Below are positions 18,929 through 29,500 of a stretch of DNA of 64,000 nt, piece after piece. The position numbers and the translations under genes were made by a program. Source of the stretch: an uncultured bacterium. Lineage in GTDB: Bacteria > UBP14 > UBA6098. Each line of letters starts with the position of its first letter. The first letter of the stretch is position 1. The notes beneath the pieces are model-generated. The model was not told where the DNA came from. It did no database searches and saw only the letters and a list, made by a program, of their open reading frames with translations. The stretch is from the NCBI GenBank assembly GCA_964606695.1, contig CAZSHG010000007.1:2456-66455 (forward strand), read 5' to 3'.

Positions 18929-19602
18929 GTTCTATCGATTTCGGTCTCGAAATCGTCTTCGCATAAAACTGAAGAACCTTCTCTCTTAACCTTACAGGCT
19001 AAAGAGTAACCGAGTTTTAACGCTTTTTGATTATTTTCCGCGAATCTCTGAGGAAATCCGTCGATAACGGAAGACTCCAGAGATTTTTTTGTAACTAATT
19101 CGGCGAACTCTGCAATAAATCCTAACGCTACGATATTTGCCGCGACGGCCGAACCGAGATTGTCAATAGCACCTTGAATGAACGGCGCTTCGATGAATTC
19201 CCGTTGCGGCTTTCGTTTGACCGCGCCAGAATCGATAATCATTAAACCGCAATCTTTCTTCAGTTTCTTCACATAGACGTCCGCGGCTTCCTGCGTCAGG
19301 GAAAGTAGTAGATCGAGTTCAATAGCCTCCGGGAAACTTATTTCTCCGTCTGAGACGATTATATCGCATCTTGTATGACCGCCTCGTGCTTCGGGGCCGT
19401 AAGATTGAGTTTGTGCCGCGTTCTTGCTGTCACCGACAGCAATAGCCTCCGCGAGTATCATGCCCGCAGTCATCAACCCCTGCCCGCCAGAACCGGAGAG
19501 CCTTATTTCGTAACGGTCTTCTTTATAGACTTCCTGTTGTTTCCCCGCGGTTTTTTTCTTTGAAACCTTCTTTTTGGATTTACTCGATTTAGCTTTGGCC
19601 AT
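18925..19602 (-). CDS. korC: 2-oxoacid:ferredoxin oxidoreductase gamma subunit
   Basis: POR/KOR gamma-domain similarity, with a Lys-rich N-terminal tail (MAKAKSSKSKKKVSKKK). Confidence 0.75.
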   Translation of the reverse strand: MAKAKSSKSKKKVSKKKTAGKQQEVYKEDRYEIRLSGSGGQGLMTAGMILAEAIAVGDSKNAAQTQSYGPEARGGHTRCDIIVSDGEISFPEAIELDLLLSLTQEAADVYVKKLKKDCGLMIIDSGAVKRKPQREFIEAPFIQGAIDNLGSAVAANIVALGFIAEFAELVTKKSLESSVIDGFPQRFAENNQKALKLGYSLACKVKREGSSVLCEDDFETEIDRT

Positions 19603-20455
19603 TCTGGGCCTCCTCGCGCGCTTTATGCTTCATCTGTTCGTAAAGGTCGGTATATTCAGGGCGACTCATATCCGTAACGAATTCTCCGATTGGGAATCTG
19701 CCCTGCGTTTTCGCCTCGATTCTCTCGTCCCTGGACATCTTTTCCCAGGCTTTTAAAGATATCGCGGCCTCTTTCTGCCATTTCAACTGTTCCACCGGAT
19801 CCCTCATACGGTTGAGTCTTCCATACAATGTCGGGCAATTGCTAATTACCTCGATCATCGACAAACCATTATGATCGAGGCCTTTTTTGATGAATTTTGC
19901 CGCCTGGACTATATGGTAGTTCGAGGCTCTCGCAACATAGCTCGCACCCGCGCCCGAAGCCAATTCCACTGCGTCGAAAGGTGGGTCTATACTGCCGTAG
20001 GGCGCGGTATGAGCGTAACTTCCCAACGGGGTAGTGGGGGAAACCTGGCCGCCGGTCATGCCGTAGATGTAGTTATTGATAATAACTATTGTTAAGTCGA
20101 TATTCCTTCGGCATGCGTGAATGAAATGGTTCCCGCCGATTGCCAGTCCGTCGCCGTCGCCGGAGACGGCTATTACTTTCATGTCCGGGCGAACCATCTT
20201 GATGCCCGTCGCGAAAGCTATCGCGCGGCCATGTGTTGTATGCAATGTATTGAAATCGACGTAGATAGGCATCCTCGAACTGCATCCAATGCCGCTGACC
20301 AGTGCTATGTTATTCTTGTTAATATCTAGTTCGTCCACCGCCCGAATAATAGCGCCCATTATCGAGCCTATACCGCACCCCGAACACCAAACGGTGGGGA
20401 ACTTCTTCTTAATACGCAAGTATTTGTGTTCCCTGCTAATAGTTTCCAATTCCAT
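19589..20455 (-). CDS. korB: 2-oxoacid:ferredoxin oxidoreductase beta subunit (TPP-binding)
   Basis: CSGCG...GIGCS Cys motif and GDGDG TPP-binding motif. Confidence 0.85.
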   Translation of the reverse strand: MELETISREHKYLRIKKKFPTVWCSGCGIGSIMGAIIRAVDELDINKNNIALVSGIGCSSRMPIYVDFNTLHTTHGRAIAFATGIKMVRPDMKVIAVSGDGDGLAIGGNHFIHACRRNIDLTIVIINNYIYGMTGGQVSPTTPLGSYAHTAPYGSIDPPFDAVELASGAGASYVARASNYHIVQAAKFIKKGLDHNGLSMIEVISNCPTLYGRLNRMRDPVEQLKWQKEAAISLKAWEKMSRDERIEAKTQGRFPIGEFVTDMSRPEYTDLYEQMKHKAREEAQNGQS

Positions 20456-20456
20456 G

Positions 20457-21623
20457 TTATTTCCCCCTTTTGTTTGACCGGAGGTGGGTTAGTTTGTCAT
20501 ATACTTCCTCAGGCTCGATAGCTCTGCCGTCGTAACGGAGGACGCCGTTAACTTTACATTTGCCCATCACGTATCGATCGACTTCACGTATCATCTGACC
20601 CATATTCAATTCGGCGACGACCATTCCTCTAACCTGACCCGCCAACTGATTTATAACGTAACCCGGGAAAGGCCACAGCGTTTTAAGTTTGATTAATCCC
20701 GCTCGAATACCCTCGCTTCTTGCGCGGCGAACCGCACTCGCGGCGGCCCTGGCCGCAGTTCCGTAGGATATCACGAGATACTGGGCGTCATCGACGTATT
20801 CTTCGTCCCAGCGCATTATTTCTTTCCGATGTAGGTGAATCTTTTTGCGTAATTTACGAAGTTTAGCCGCTATCTCTTCGCTCTTGCTGGTGGGGAATCC
20901 TTCTTCGTCATGCGTGAGTCCGGTAATGTTATATCTGTATCCCTCGCCAAACGGAACGAACTCGCTGACCATATTAGGCGTCATCGCGAAAGGTTTGAAA
21001 AATTCCGGCGGAACCTCCGGATAGCTTCTCGGTTGGATATGAATATCCTCGGCGTCGGATAAATATACCTTCTCACGCATGTGGCCGAGCATTTCGTCCA
21101 ATAATAATATAACCGGTGTATGGTAGTTCTCGGCGCAGTTGAATGCGTGTATTGTAAGGTCGTATATTTCCTGGACACTGCTCGGCGAGATAACGATAGC
21201 CGTATAATCCCCATGGGTTCCGAATCTCGCCTGCATGACGTCGGACTGCGAAAGCCGTGTTGGAAGACCCGTGCTTGGGCCTCCGCGCATTACGTTGACT
21301 ATAACTATCGGCACCTCGGTCATATACGCGAAACCCAGGTTTTCCTGCATTAGACTGAAACCCGGTCCCGAGGTTGCGGTCATGGATTTCGCGCCCGCGA
21401 GCGAGCCGCCGATAATAGCGGCGATCGAACCGATCTCGTCCTCCATCTGAATGAAAGTGCCGCCAACCAAAGGTAGTTTTTCGGCGCATCCCTCGGCTAT
21501 TTCGGTGGAAGGCGTAATCGGATAACCCGCGAAAAACCTGCATCCCGCCGTTATTGCGGCATCGACGCAGGCCTCGTTCCCCTGCATAAAGGCCGGAGTG
21601 CCTTTTGGTTTATTTTCTGGCAT
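20457..21623 (-). CDS. korA: 2-oxoacid:ferredoxin oxidoreductase alpha subunit
   Basis: N-terminal GNEA...AGYPITPSTEI motif typical of POR/KOR alpha. Confidence 0.85.
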   Translation of the reverse strand: MPENKPKGTPAFMQGNEACVDAAITAGCRFFAGYPITPSTEIAEGCAEKLPLVGGTFIQMEDEIGSIAAIIGGSLAGAKSMTATSGPGFSLMQENLGFAYMTEVPIVIVNVMRGGPSTGLPTRLSQSDVMQARFGTHGDYTAIVISPSSVQEIYDLTIHAFNCAENYHTPVILLLDEMLGHMREKVYLSDAEDIHIQPRSYPEVPPEFFKPFAMTPNMVSEFVPFGEGYRYNITGLTHDEEGFPTSKSEEIAAKLRKLRKKIHLHRKEIMRWDEEYVDDAQYLVISYGTAARAAASAVRRARSEGIRAGLIKLKTLWPFPGYVINQLAGQVRGMVVAELNMGQMIREVDRYVMGKCKVNGVLRYDGRAIEPEEVYDKLTHLRSNKRGK

Positions 21624-22063
21624 CAGGATTCCCCTTTGTCTTTAGAGCTTTCGTTTGTTTGCTCCTGGTTTTGCTCACCCTCTTGTTCCCCTTCGATTTT
21701 GCAGGATTCTTCGTCCCCTGCCTCGCACAGCATAGCCCTGGTGCGATCGGCTTCTTCTTCCGTAGGTTTATTTTCCAGAATTTCCGGACCTCGGATTATC
21801 GCCAACTCAGGACAACGCATCCAACAAAGGCCGCAAAGCGTGCATTTGTCGGGATGAGTAAGATAAGGTAATCCGTCCTCGTCTTCCTCGAGAGCGCCAG
21901 TGGGGCAAAATACGGTGCAGATTCCGCATTTCTTGCACCACTGTTCGAAGATCACAACCTTCCCCTCTGGATGAATTTTCTCGCGCCAATGTGTGGGGGC
22001 GACGGTAGTTACGCCCGACATTATGCGCCCTTCCATAGGGATCATCTTTTTTTTCTTAGCCAT
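21623..22063 (-). CDS. korD: 2-oxoacid:ferredoxin oxidoreductase delta subunit (2x[4Fe-4S] ferredoxin) with an acidic C-terminal tail
   Basis: CKKCGICTVFCP and CTLCGLCWMRCP motifs; E/Q-rich C-terminal tail. Confidence 0.75.
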   Translation of the reverse strand: MAKKKKMIPMEGRIMSGVTTVAPTHWREKIHPEGKVVIFEQWCKKCGICTVFCPTGALEEDEDGLPYLTHPDKCTLCGLCWMRCPELAIIRGPEILENKPTEEEADRTRAMLCEAGDEESCKIEGEQEGEQNQEQTNESSKDKGES

Positions 22064-22178
22064 CGCTCCTCCAAACGATTTGCTGTCTGTGTTCTAACAG
22101 AACATAAACCGGCAAGCATAGCCTTACCGGATTTATTATTTTGAGTTTAAGGATAAAGATTTCTCATGTCAACAGTAA

Positions 22179-23576
22179 TTATAATATGAGTCGCTTATTT
22201 TCTTTTTTTTCGATATCATATTCATCGAGCAATTTCAAAAGCGATTCCCGGTCGTTCAGCTCAGGGTTCTCATCGACCTTTTCCAGCAGGAAATTGAGAA
22301 CACATCCGACTTCTACGCCCTCCGAAATTCCAAGCTCGGCCATGACATCTTCGCCGTTCACCGCGAGGTCGGTTACGTTCAGCGCAGGTTCTTCGGATAA
22401 AATCGCTTTTATTCTATCTAAATATTCTCTATCTTTCGAATTATCTCTGCCCGTTCCCTGAGCTTCAATGTCCGCGAAACGAAGAAGAAAAAGATCTTCG
22501 ATAAGATACTCACCGACCTTGCGAATGAATCTTCTCACGCCCTTGTCGGTCTCGCATCGCGTGAACATGTGATATTTCACCATTTTTGTAACTCGTTCCA
22601 CGGTTTCGTTCGAGAATTTCAAACGTTTTAATATATGTCTGGCCATTTTCGCGCCGATGTTCTGATGGCCGTAAAAGGTCGCCTTGTCGCGTTCGCTGTC
22701 GAAACGTTTTTTTAGCGGTTTTCCTATGTCGTGGAATAAAGCGGCCAGGCGGACGTCGAGTATAGGCGGTGCGGCATCGACGGTATGTAGTCCGTGCTCA
22801 AAGACGTTGTGCGCGTGCCATCCGCCCTCCTGGACTATCCCCACGCCCTCCGCCAGTTCGGGAAGCAGGTCGTCGAGGATACCCCATTTCTCCCATAGAC
22901 GTAGAGCTTCCGACGGTTTATCCAGATATAATAACAGCTTTTTCAGTTCCTCTCCGATTCGTTCAGGAGAAATTTCATTCAATTTTGGAACCGTGTCTTT
23001 AATCTTATAGATAGTGAACTCGTCCGGTTCGAGCCTGCAACGAACGCAGATATATGCAGCACGGATACACCTTATGGGATCGGCTGGCAGAGAATTTTCT
23101 CTCACTGTCCTCAGAACGCCCTTTTTCAGATCGTTTTCTCCTAGATAGGGATCGATAAATTCGCCCGAATTCAGGTCTAATGCCATGGCGTTGACGGTGA
23201 AATCGCGTTGGGCGAGATCGTCTTCGAGGGGATAATCCGGGTCGATTTTACATCCATCGAGGTAAGATAGATTGCGTTTAGCGGGTAGCGAAACATCTAC
23301 CGTATCGTAGCCTGTGGGGTTCCATTTGATGACGGAAAAACTCCGGCCAACGAGTCTGGCCATGCCGTATCTGTTGAGGATTTGGAGGAGGTCGTCCGGT
23401 TTTATGTGAGTAACGAGTAGATCCAATTCGCGGGGGATTAATCCGGGTATGAAAACGTCCCGAACGGAACCTCCCACCGCGTATAATCCCACATTATCCG
23501 GTAAATCGTCGATAAATTCGCCGGGCAGGCATTTATGGAAATCTTCTTTGAGGATATCTTTAATATCCATCCTCAT
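22179..23576 (-). CDS. cca: CCA-adding tRNA nucleotidyltransferase (PolyA_pol head + HD domain)
   Basis: GGSVRD...DLD nucleotidyltransferase motif and HD motif LFHDIGKP. Confidence 0.8.
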   Translation of the reverse strand: MRMDIKDILKEDFHKCLPGEFIDDLPDNVGLYAVGGSVRDVFIPGLIPRELDLLVTHIKPDDLLQILNRYGMARLVGRSFSVIKWNPTGYDTVDVSLPAKRNLSYLDGCKIDPDYPLEDDLAQRDFTVNAMALDLNSGEFIDPYLGENDLKKGVLRTVRENSLPADPIRCIRAAYICVRCRLEPDEFTIYKIKDTVPKLNEISPERIGEELKKLLLYLDKPSEALRLWEKWGILDDLLPELAEGVGIVQEGGWHAHNVFEHGLHTVDAAPPILDVRLAALFHDIGKPLKKRFDSERDKATFYGHQNIGAKMARHILKRLKFSNETVERVTKMVKYHMFTRCETDKGVRRFIRKVGEYLIEDLFLLRFADIEAQGTGRDNSKDREYLDRIKAILSEEPALNVTDLAVNGEDVMAELGISEGVEVGCVLNFLLEKVDENPELNDRESLLKLLDEYDIEKKENKRLIL

Positions 23577-24526
23577 TAAGGCAGGATACAGGTCCCCGCG
23601 TCGTGTTCGAGAGCTTCTTTTACTCTGTCTATACTGGTTATTATAACCTGTTTCCCCCCGTTTTTTATGAAATAAATCGCACTCTCGATTTTTGGTCCCA
23701 TACTCCCCGACGGGAATTGGCCGGTTTCGAGGAAATCTTTCGCCGCTCCGACACTCATAACATCCCAGTCTCGCTGGTAGATCGTGTTGAAATTGGTCGA
23801 GATCTTCTCCACGCCGGTGAGAATAACAAGGATTTCGGCTCCCAATTCGAGCGCCAGGACAGCGCTGGCCCTATCCTTATCGATAACTGCATCCACGCCG
23901 TTGAGTCTCCCACGTTCATCCTGAGTAACGGGGATTCCGCCTCCGCCGACCGCGACTACCATTATGCCGGAATTCAGAAGCTCACGAATGGTATCGATTT
24001 CCACAATCTCCTGCGGCCAGGGGGAGGGGACTACACGGCGCCATCCACGCCCGGAATCTTCTTTAACAGTCCAACCTGCTGTATCGGCCAGATGTCGAGC
24101 CTCTTCTTCATTGTAAAATCTACCTATATATTTCGTGGGATTTTGGAAAGCCGGGTCTTTTCTATCGACAATGACCTGAGTGACAACCGCCGCTACCGTC
24201 CTGTCTATTTTGTTTTCGTGGAGGAGATTATCTAACGTATTTACTATGATATAACCGATTTCGCCCTGAGTCATCGAACCGCACAGGAAAAGCGGCACAG
24301 GGGTTACTTCCTGGTGAGATAATTCCACGCGAAGCAACTGATTGCCCACCTGAGGGCCGTTGCCGTGTGTTATCGCGATTTTGTAACCAGCGGTAGCCAA
24401 TTCCACCAGTGGCGTCAGGCTCATCCTGGCTCTGGTGAATTGTTCCGAAATCGTCTCGTTGGAACCTTTAGAAATAGCGTTGCCGCCAAGCGCGATTACA
24501 ACCGGTCTGGAAATATCTGAATCCAT
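23576..24526 (-). CDS. arcC: Carbamate kinase
   Basis: VIALGGNA N-terminal motif, GNGPQVG and GGGGIPV motifs of the carbamate kinase / amino-acid kinase family. Confidence 0.85.
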   Translation of the reverse strand: MDSDISRPVVIALGGNAISKGSNETISEQFTRARMSLTPLVELATAGYKIAITHGNGPQVGNQLLRVELSHQEVTPVPLFLCGSMTQGEIGYIIVNTLDNLLHENKIDRTVAAVVTQVIVDRKDPAFQNPTKYIGRFYNEEEARHLADTAGWTVKEDSGRGWRRVVPSPWPQEIVEIDTIRELLNSGIMVVAVGGGGIPVTQDERGRLNGVDAVIDKDRASAVLALELGAEILVILTGVEKISTNFNTIYQRDWDVMSVGAAKDFLETGQFPSGSMGPKIESAIYFIKNGGKQVIITSIDRVKEALEHDAGTCILP

Positions 24527-24591
24527 AGTATTTAAGCGAGAATCCTAACCCCATTCCGGGAAGAATGGCGACGGTTTCTCGCCGATAAAGT

Positions 24592-25917
24592 TTAACCCTC
24601 CAATTCCCTTGCGATGATATCCTCCAGGTTGGGATGCCCCAACACCTGAAGTTCGTATCCGACACGGGTCGAAGGTTTATTAATCTTGATAATTCTTCTC
24701 AGATCGATTGGAGTTCCTATAACGACTGCGTCGGCTTCTGTGTCGTTGATAGTCTGTTCAAGGTCTTTTACCTGTTGCGGACTGTAACCCATTGCCGGTA
24801 GAAGCGTTCCAATTTCCGGGTATTTTTCAAAGGTCTCTCCGATTGATCCGACCGCCCAGGGTCTCGGATCGATAAGGTCTATAGCGCCCTGGGCTAAAGC
24901 GCCCATAATTCCAGCGCCGTATTGCATACCGCCGTGTGTCAGAGTCGGGCCGTCCTCGACAACCAGAACAGCTTTTCCGCGGACGATTTCAGGGTTCTCC
25001 ATTGTTATTGGGCTGGCGGCTTCCATCACAATCGCGCCGGGATTAACCGCGCGAATGTTATCGCGGACTTCCAGGACACCCTCCAGCGAAGCCGAATCGA
25101 CCTTGTTGATGATAATTATATCCGCCATCCGTAAATTAATCTCACCGGGATAATAAGCCAGCTCGTCTCCAGGCCTGTGAGGATCGGCTACGGTTATCAT
25201 CAAATTCGGCAGGTAGAAGGGCGTATCGTTATTGCCGCCATCCCAGAGGATAATATCCGCTTCCTTTTCGGCGCGTTTCAGTATTTCGTGATAATCCACG
25301 CCCGCGTAAACGATATTTCCGCGGTTTATGTGCGGTTCGTATTCCTCCATTTCCTCTATTGTGCAATTATGCTTTTTTAGGTCCTGAATTGTCTCGAAAC
25401 GTTGCCAGGTTTGTTTAACGAGGTCTCCGTATGGCATCGGATGTCGGATTATAACTACTTTTTTCCCCGCTTCGGTCAGGATTTCGGCTACCCTTCTGGT
25501 TGTCTGGGACTTCCCGCAACCGGTTCTTGTAGCGCAAATAGCTATAACGGGGACATCGGCCGGAAGCATCGATGATTCCGGGCCGATTAGGACGAAGTTT
25601 TTGGCCCCGCCAGCTAAAGCCCATGCCGCCCTATTCATTACATATTGATATGAGACATCGGAATACGAAAAAACGACGTCGTCGATGGGGCCGTTTTCCT
25701 GTATTATTTCTTCCAGATCATCTTCGTCGAGGATAGGAATGCCCTTAGGATAGAGTTTCCCCGCCAATTTTGCTGGATACGCCCTGTCGTCGATATCGGG
25801 GATTTGCGTTGCAGTGAATGCGATCACCTCATATTCCGGATTGTCTCTGTAGATACAGTTGAAATTGTGGAAATCGCGGCCGGCGGCCCCCATGATGATA
25901 ACTTTACGTTTCGCCAT
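24592..25917 (-). CDS. Two-domain P-loop protein resembling cyclic 2,3-diphosphoglycerate synthetase (DUF1611-related); function uncertain
   Basis: N-terminal Rossmann-like domain (VIIMGAAGRDFHNFN) and a central Walker A (ATRTGCGKS). The start is taken at MAKRKV with an AGGGAG RBS. Confidence 0.4.
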   Translation of the reverse strand: MAKRKVIIMGAAGRDFHNFNCIYRDNPEYEVIAFTATQIPDIDDRAYPAKLAGKLYPKGIPILDEDDLEEIIQENGPIDDVVFSYSDVSYQYVMNRAAWALAGGAKNFVLIGPESSMLPADVPVIAICATRTGCGKSQTTRRVAEILTEAGKKVVIIRHPMPYGDLVKQTWQRFETIQDLKKHNCTIEEMEEYEPHINRGNIVYAGVDYHEILKRAEKEADIILWDGGNNDTPFYLPNLMITVADPHRPGDELAYYPGEINLRMADIIIINKVDSASLEGVLEVRDNIRAVNPGAIVMEAASPITMENPEIVRGKAVLVVEDGPTLTHGGMQYGAGIMGALAQGAIDLIDPRPWAVGSIGETFEKYPEIGTLLPAMGYSPQQVKDLEQTINDTEADAVVIGTPIDLRRIIKINKPSTRVGYELQVLGHPNLEDIIARELEG

Positions 25918-26003
25918 AATACACTCCCTGGTTTCGGCGGTAACGCCCGTCGGAACCTGCCTACTCCGCCGGAACGGGCCACGGTCGGAGAGCAAATCTT
26001 TGT

Positions 26004-26032
26004 ATAATAGGCATTAAATAAACGCTGTCAAG
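26004..26032 (-). promoter_or_regulatory. Sigma-70-like promoter upstream of the 25917 gene
   Basis: Minus strand reads TTGACA, a 17 nt spacer, then TATTAT; about 80 nt upstream of the ATG. Confidence 0.4.
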
Positions 26033-26084
26033 CCAATAACCGAAATTTTGCCGAAAAAATTCGCCTTCAATACACTCGTAAAGA

Positions 26085-26122
26085 AGAATAGTCTATCCCT
26101 GTCCATACAGAGATAGACTACT
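26085..26122 (-). terminator. Candidate terminator after rpsL
   Basis: agtctatc ... gatagact 8 bp stem followed by a T-rich tract on the minus strand. Confidence 0.3.
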
Positions 26123-26144
26123 CATATCGTCCGATAAACCCCAA

Positions 26145-26516
26145 TTATTTAGGTTTCTTCGTTCCGTATTTGGAGCGGCCTCGATTGCGGCCATCGACGC
26201 CGGTAGCATCCAATGCGCCGCGCACGATATGATAACGAACGCCGGGCAGGTCTTTCACCCTTCCGCCGCGAACCAGGACTATGCTGTGTTCCTGAAGGCT
26301 GTGTCCTTCGCCGGGTATATATGCGGTTACCTCGATACCGTTGGTCAAACGAACACGCGCGATCTTCCTCAATGCGGAATTCGGTTTCTTAGGCGTCATG
26401 GTATAGACTCTGATGCAAACGCCGCGTCTTTGCGGGCAATTTTTCAGAGCCGGCGATTTCGTTTTTGTAGATTTGTCCTTCCGCCCCTTACGGACTAATT
26501 GATTGATTGTGGGCAT
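26145..26516 (-). CDS. rpsL: 30S ribosomal protein S12
   Basis: [11 protein letters not shown] ... KKPNSALRK ... hallmark S12 sequence. Confidence 0.95.
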   Translation of the reverse strand: MPTINQLVRKGRKDKSTKTKSPALKNCPQRRGVCIRVYTMTPKKPNSALRKIARVRLTNGIEVTAYIPGEGHSLQEHSIVLVRGGRVKDLPGVRYHIVRGALDATGVDGRNRGRSKYGTKKPK

Positions 26517-26542
26517 ACTATTAACTCCTTGTTATCTCCAGA

Positions 26543-29500
26543 TTAAAAACCATAATAGTCATCCGGTTGAGTTTCTATGAATAATTCATGCATGATTTCC
26601 ATTTCGTTTTCTTCGGATTCTTCCTTTTTTGGCCTTATTTTGCGGTATTTGGAGAAACCCGTTCCAGCCGGGATTAACCTGCCTATGATGACGTTCTCCT
26701 TAAGGCCGCGAAGTTCGTCGGATTTACCGCTGATAGTCGCTTCGGTGAGGACTCTCGTAGTCTGCTGGAAACTGGCCGCGCTCAGGAAACTATCCGGGGT
26801 GAGGCTTGCTCGAGTGATACCCAGGAGAAGCGGTTCGAATGTAGCCGGTGTTCCGCCCCGCGCGATTATACGCCTGTTTTCCTCGAAAAATTCGCCGCGA
26901 TCGACTTCTTCATCCTCGAGAAATCTGGTGTCTCCCGGAGTTTCCACGCGGACTTTTCTGAGCATCTGTCGGATAATGACTTCGATATGCTTGTCGTTTA
27001 TCGAAACGCCTTGCAGACGATAAACTTCCTGGGTTTCGTTCAAGAGATATTCCTGCACCGCACGGTCTCCGAGAACGCGGAGGATATCGTGCGGAATGAC
27101 CGGGCCGTCGCATAATTTCTGCCCCGCCTGCACTTTATCGTTTTCCTGAACAAGGATATGCCTTCCGCGGGGGATAACGTAATCGTAAACTTCGCGCCCC
27201 ACGTGAGGAGCGGCTTCGAGGAACGCCGAACCGTCGGGCAACTGTCGCACTAACCTGCTGGAAGTTAGCTCGTAAACCACACTTCCATCCGGCTCGATAC
27301 GCGGATCCACGCTTACCTTCGAATATCGACTTCGTTTCTTGCGTTCTATCTTTAATTTGTCGTCTTTCATCGATACCCGGAATCTGCGGCCTATCTTAAC
27401 CGGCTCGTCTCCGGTTATCTCCTCGATAATCTCGCCACGTAGCTTTTCCGGAGATTCGACGCCTATGACTTCTACTTTCGTTCCCGTTTTACGTGAAACC
27501 TCTTTTGGGAACCTCACCACTCCCTCGATCTCTGAGATGATAGCGGGATCCTTGGGTTTTCTGGCTTCGAAAAGTTCGGCCACACGAGGCAGGCCGCCCG
27601 TGATGTCACGGGTTTTGGATATGGAACGCATCAATTTGGCTATTGGCTGGCCTGCTTTGATCTCTTCACCGTCTTCTACCAGCAGATGTGCGTCCGTCGG
27701 CATAGAATATGAACCGAGGAGTTTGCCTTTTTTATTCTTGATGAGAATCTTCGGGTGATAGGCTCTATCGCGGAAGTCCATTACTACAAGCTGTTTGGTT
27801 AATGTAGTCTCGTCAACTTCCATTTTTGCAGTTCTATCTTCCACAATATCGACGTATTCGACGATTCCGAAGACATCGCTAAGAATCGGGTTGATATAAG
27901 GTTCCCATTCGTAAAGCATAGTCCGCGGATCGATTTTTGTGCGATGCTTCACCCTGAGCTTAGCGCCATAAGGAACTTTGAACACGTGTTCGATTCCGTC
28001 GTCGTCGGTGATAATAATCTCACCGGTTCTGTTTAGAACGATTCCTTCGCTCTCGCCGTCCGGGTCTTTGATAGCTCTAATATGTTTAAATTCTACGCGT
28101 CCACCGTAACGACTGCTTACCTGAGATTGCTCCGTAATCCTGCTTGCCGTTCCACCGATATGGAAAGTCCGTAGTGTCAACTGCGTGCCCGGTTCTCCGA
28201 TAGATTCGCCGGCGATAATCCCCACCGCTTCGCCAACCTGAACGGGGTTATTAACCGCGAGGTCGCGGCCATAGCATTTCGCGCAAACGCCATATCTGGA
28301 TTCGCAGGTCAGAACAGAACGGATATTGACAGTTTCGATACCGCGGTCTTCTATCTCCAGAGCCATGTCGTCAGAAATTTCCTCGCCGCCCTCGACCATG
28401 ATTCTATCGGTAACGGGATTGAAAATATCTTCAACCGCGACTCGTCCGCGGATTCTCTCTCTAAGAGGTATAACGATATCTTCTCCCTCTTTCAGCGCGG
28501 TTCTTTCAACCCCTCTGATTGTGCCGCAGTCCCTCTCTGTAATAATAACATCCTGCGCCACGTCCACGAGTCGGCGGGTTAGATATCCTGCGTCAGCGGT
28601 CTTAAGGGCTGTATCGGCGAGTCCCTTACGCTGTCCGTGAGTCGAGATGAAATATTCGAGAACGCTAAGCCCTTCTTTGAAGTTTGATAAGATAGGCGTC
28701 TCGATAATCTCCTGTCCGGTAAGTCTCTTCTGGGGTTTCGACATAAGGCCTCGCATGCCCGCAAGCTGTCTTATCTGGTCTTTACTACCTCGCGCGCCTG
28801 AATCGACCATCATGGCCAGCGGATTGAAGCCGTAATTCGTCCGGAGTAGAACGCGGAACAGCGCGTCCGTTACCTCATCCTGCATCCTGTTCCAGATATC
28901 GATAACCTTATTATATCGTTCGCCCTCCGTAACAAGACCCTTCTGCCGTGCGACGTTTACCTTATCGACCTCTTTTCGAGCATCTGTAATCAGGCCGGGC
29001 TTTTCTTCCGGGACGATTAGATCGTCCACGCCGATCGATATGGCGGCCTGAGTAGCGAATTCGAACCCAAAGGTTTTAAGTTCGTCCAGGAATAGCGCGG
29101 TGGCTTTGAGTCCCTTTCTCTTATAACTCAAAGCGACGAGGTCGTTCAACGTCCGTTTCTTCATAACTTCATTATAGAAAGGCATGCCATCGGGAATCGC
29201 CTCGTTGAATATCACTCTTCCGACGGTCGTCCAGGTCATCACCCCGGGGACTTCTATATATGCCAGGATTGTTTCCCCGGTAGAAGACAACAACTGAACG
29301 TTCAATACGCAACGTTCTTTGTCGTAGATATCGTAATGGATATTCCCGGCCCTTCCAGCGGTTATGGTAATCGGTTCTCTTTCGGACAGTTTATCCGGGT
29401 CCGGTGAAAAGCGCGGGATAACGGCAATCGTCTCGCCGCCCTTGACGGATGCGGCTTCACGGAATTTGAGGTGCTCTTCCTGTGGTGGGATTCTGCAAGC

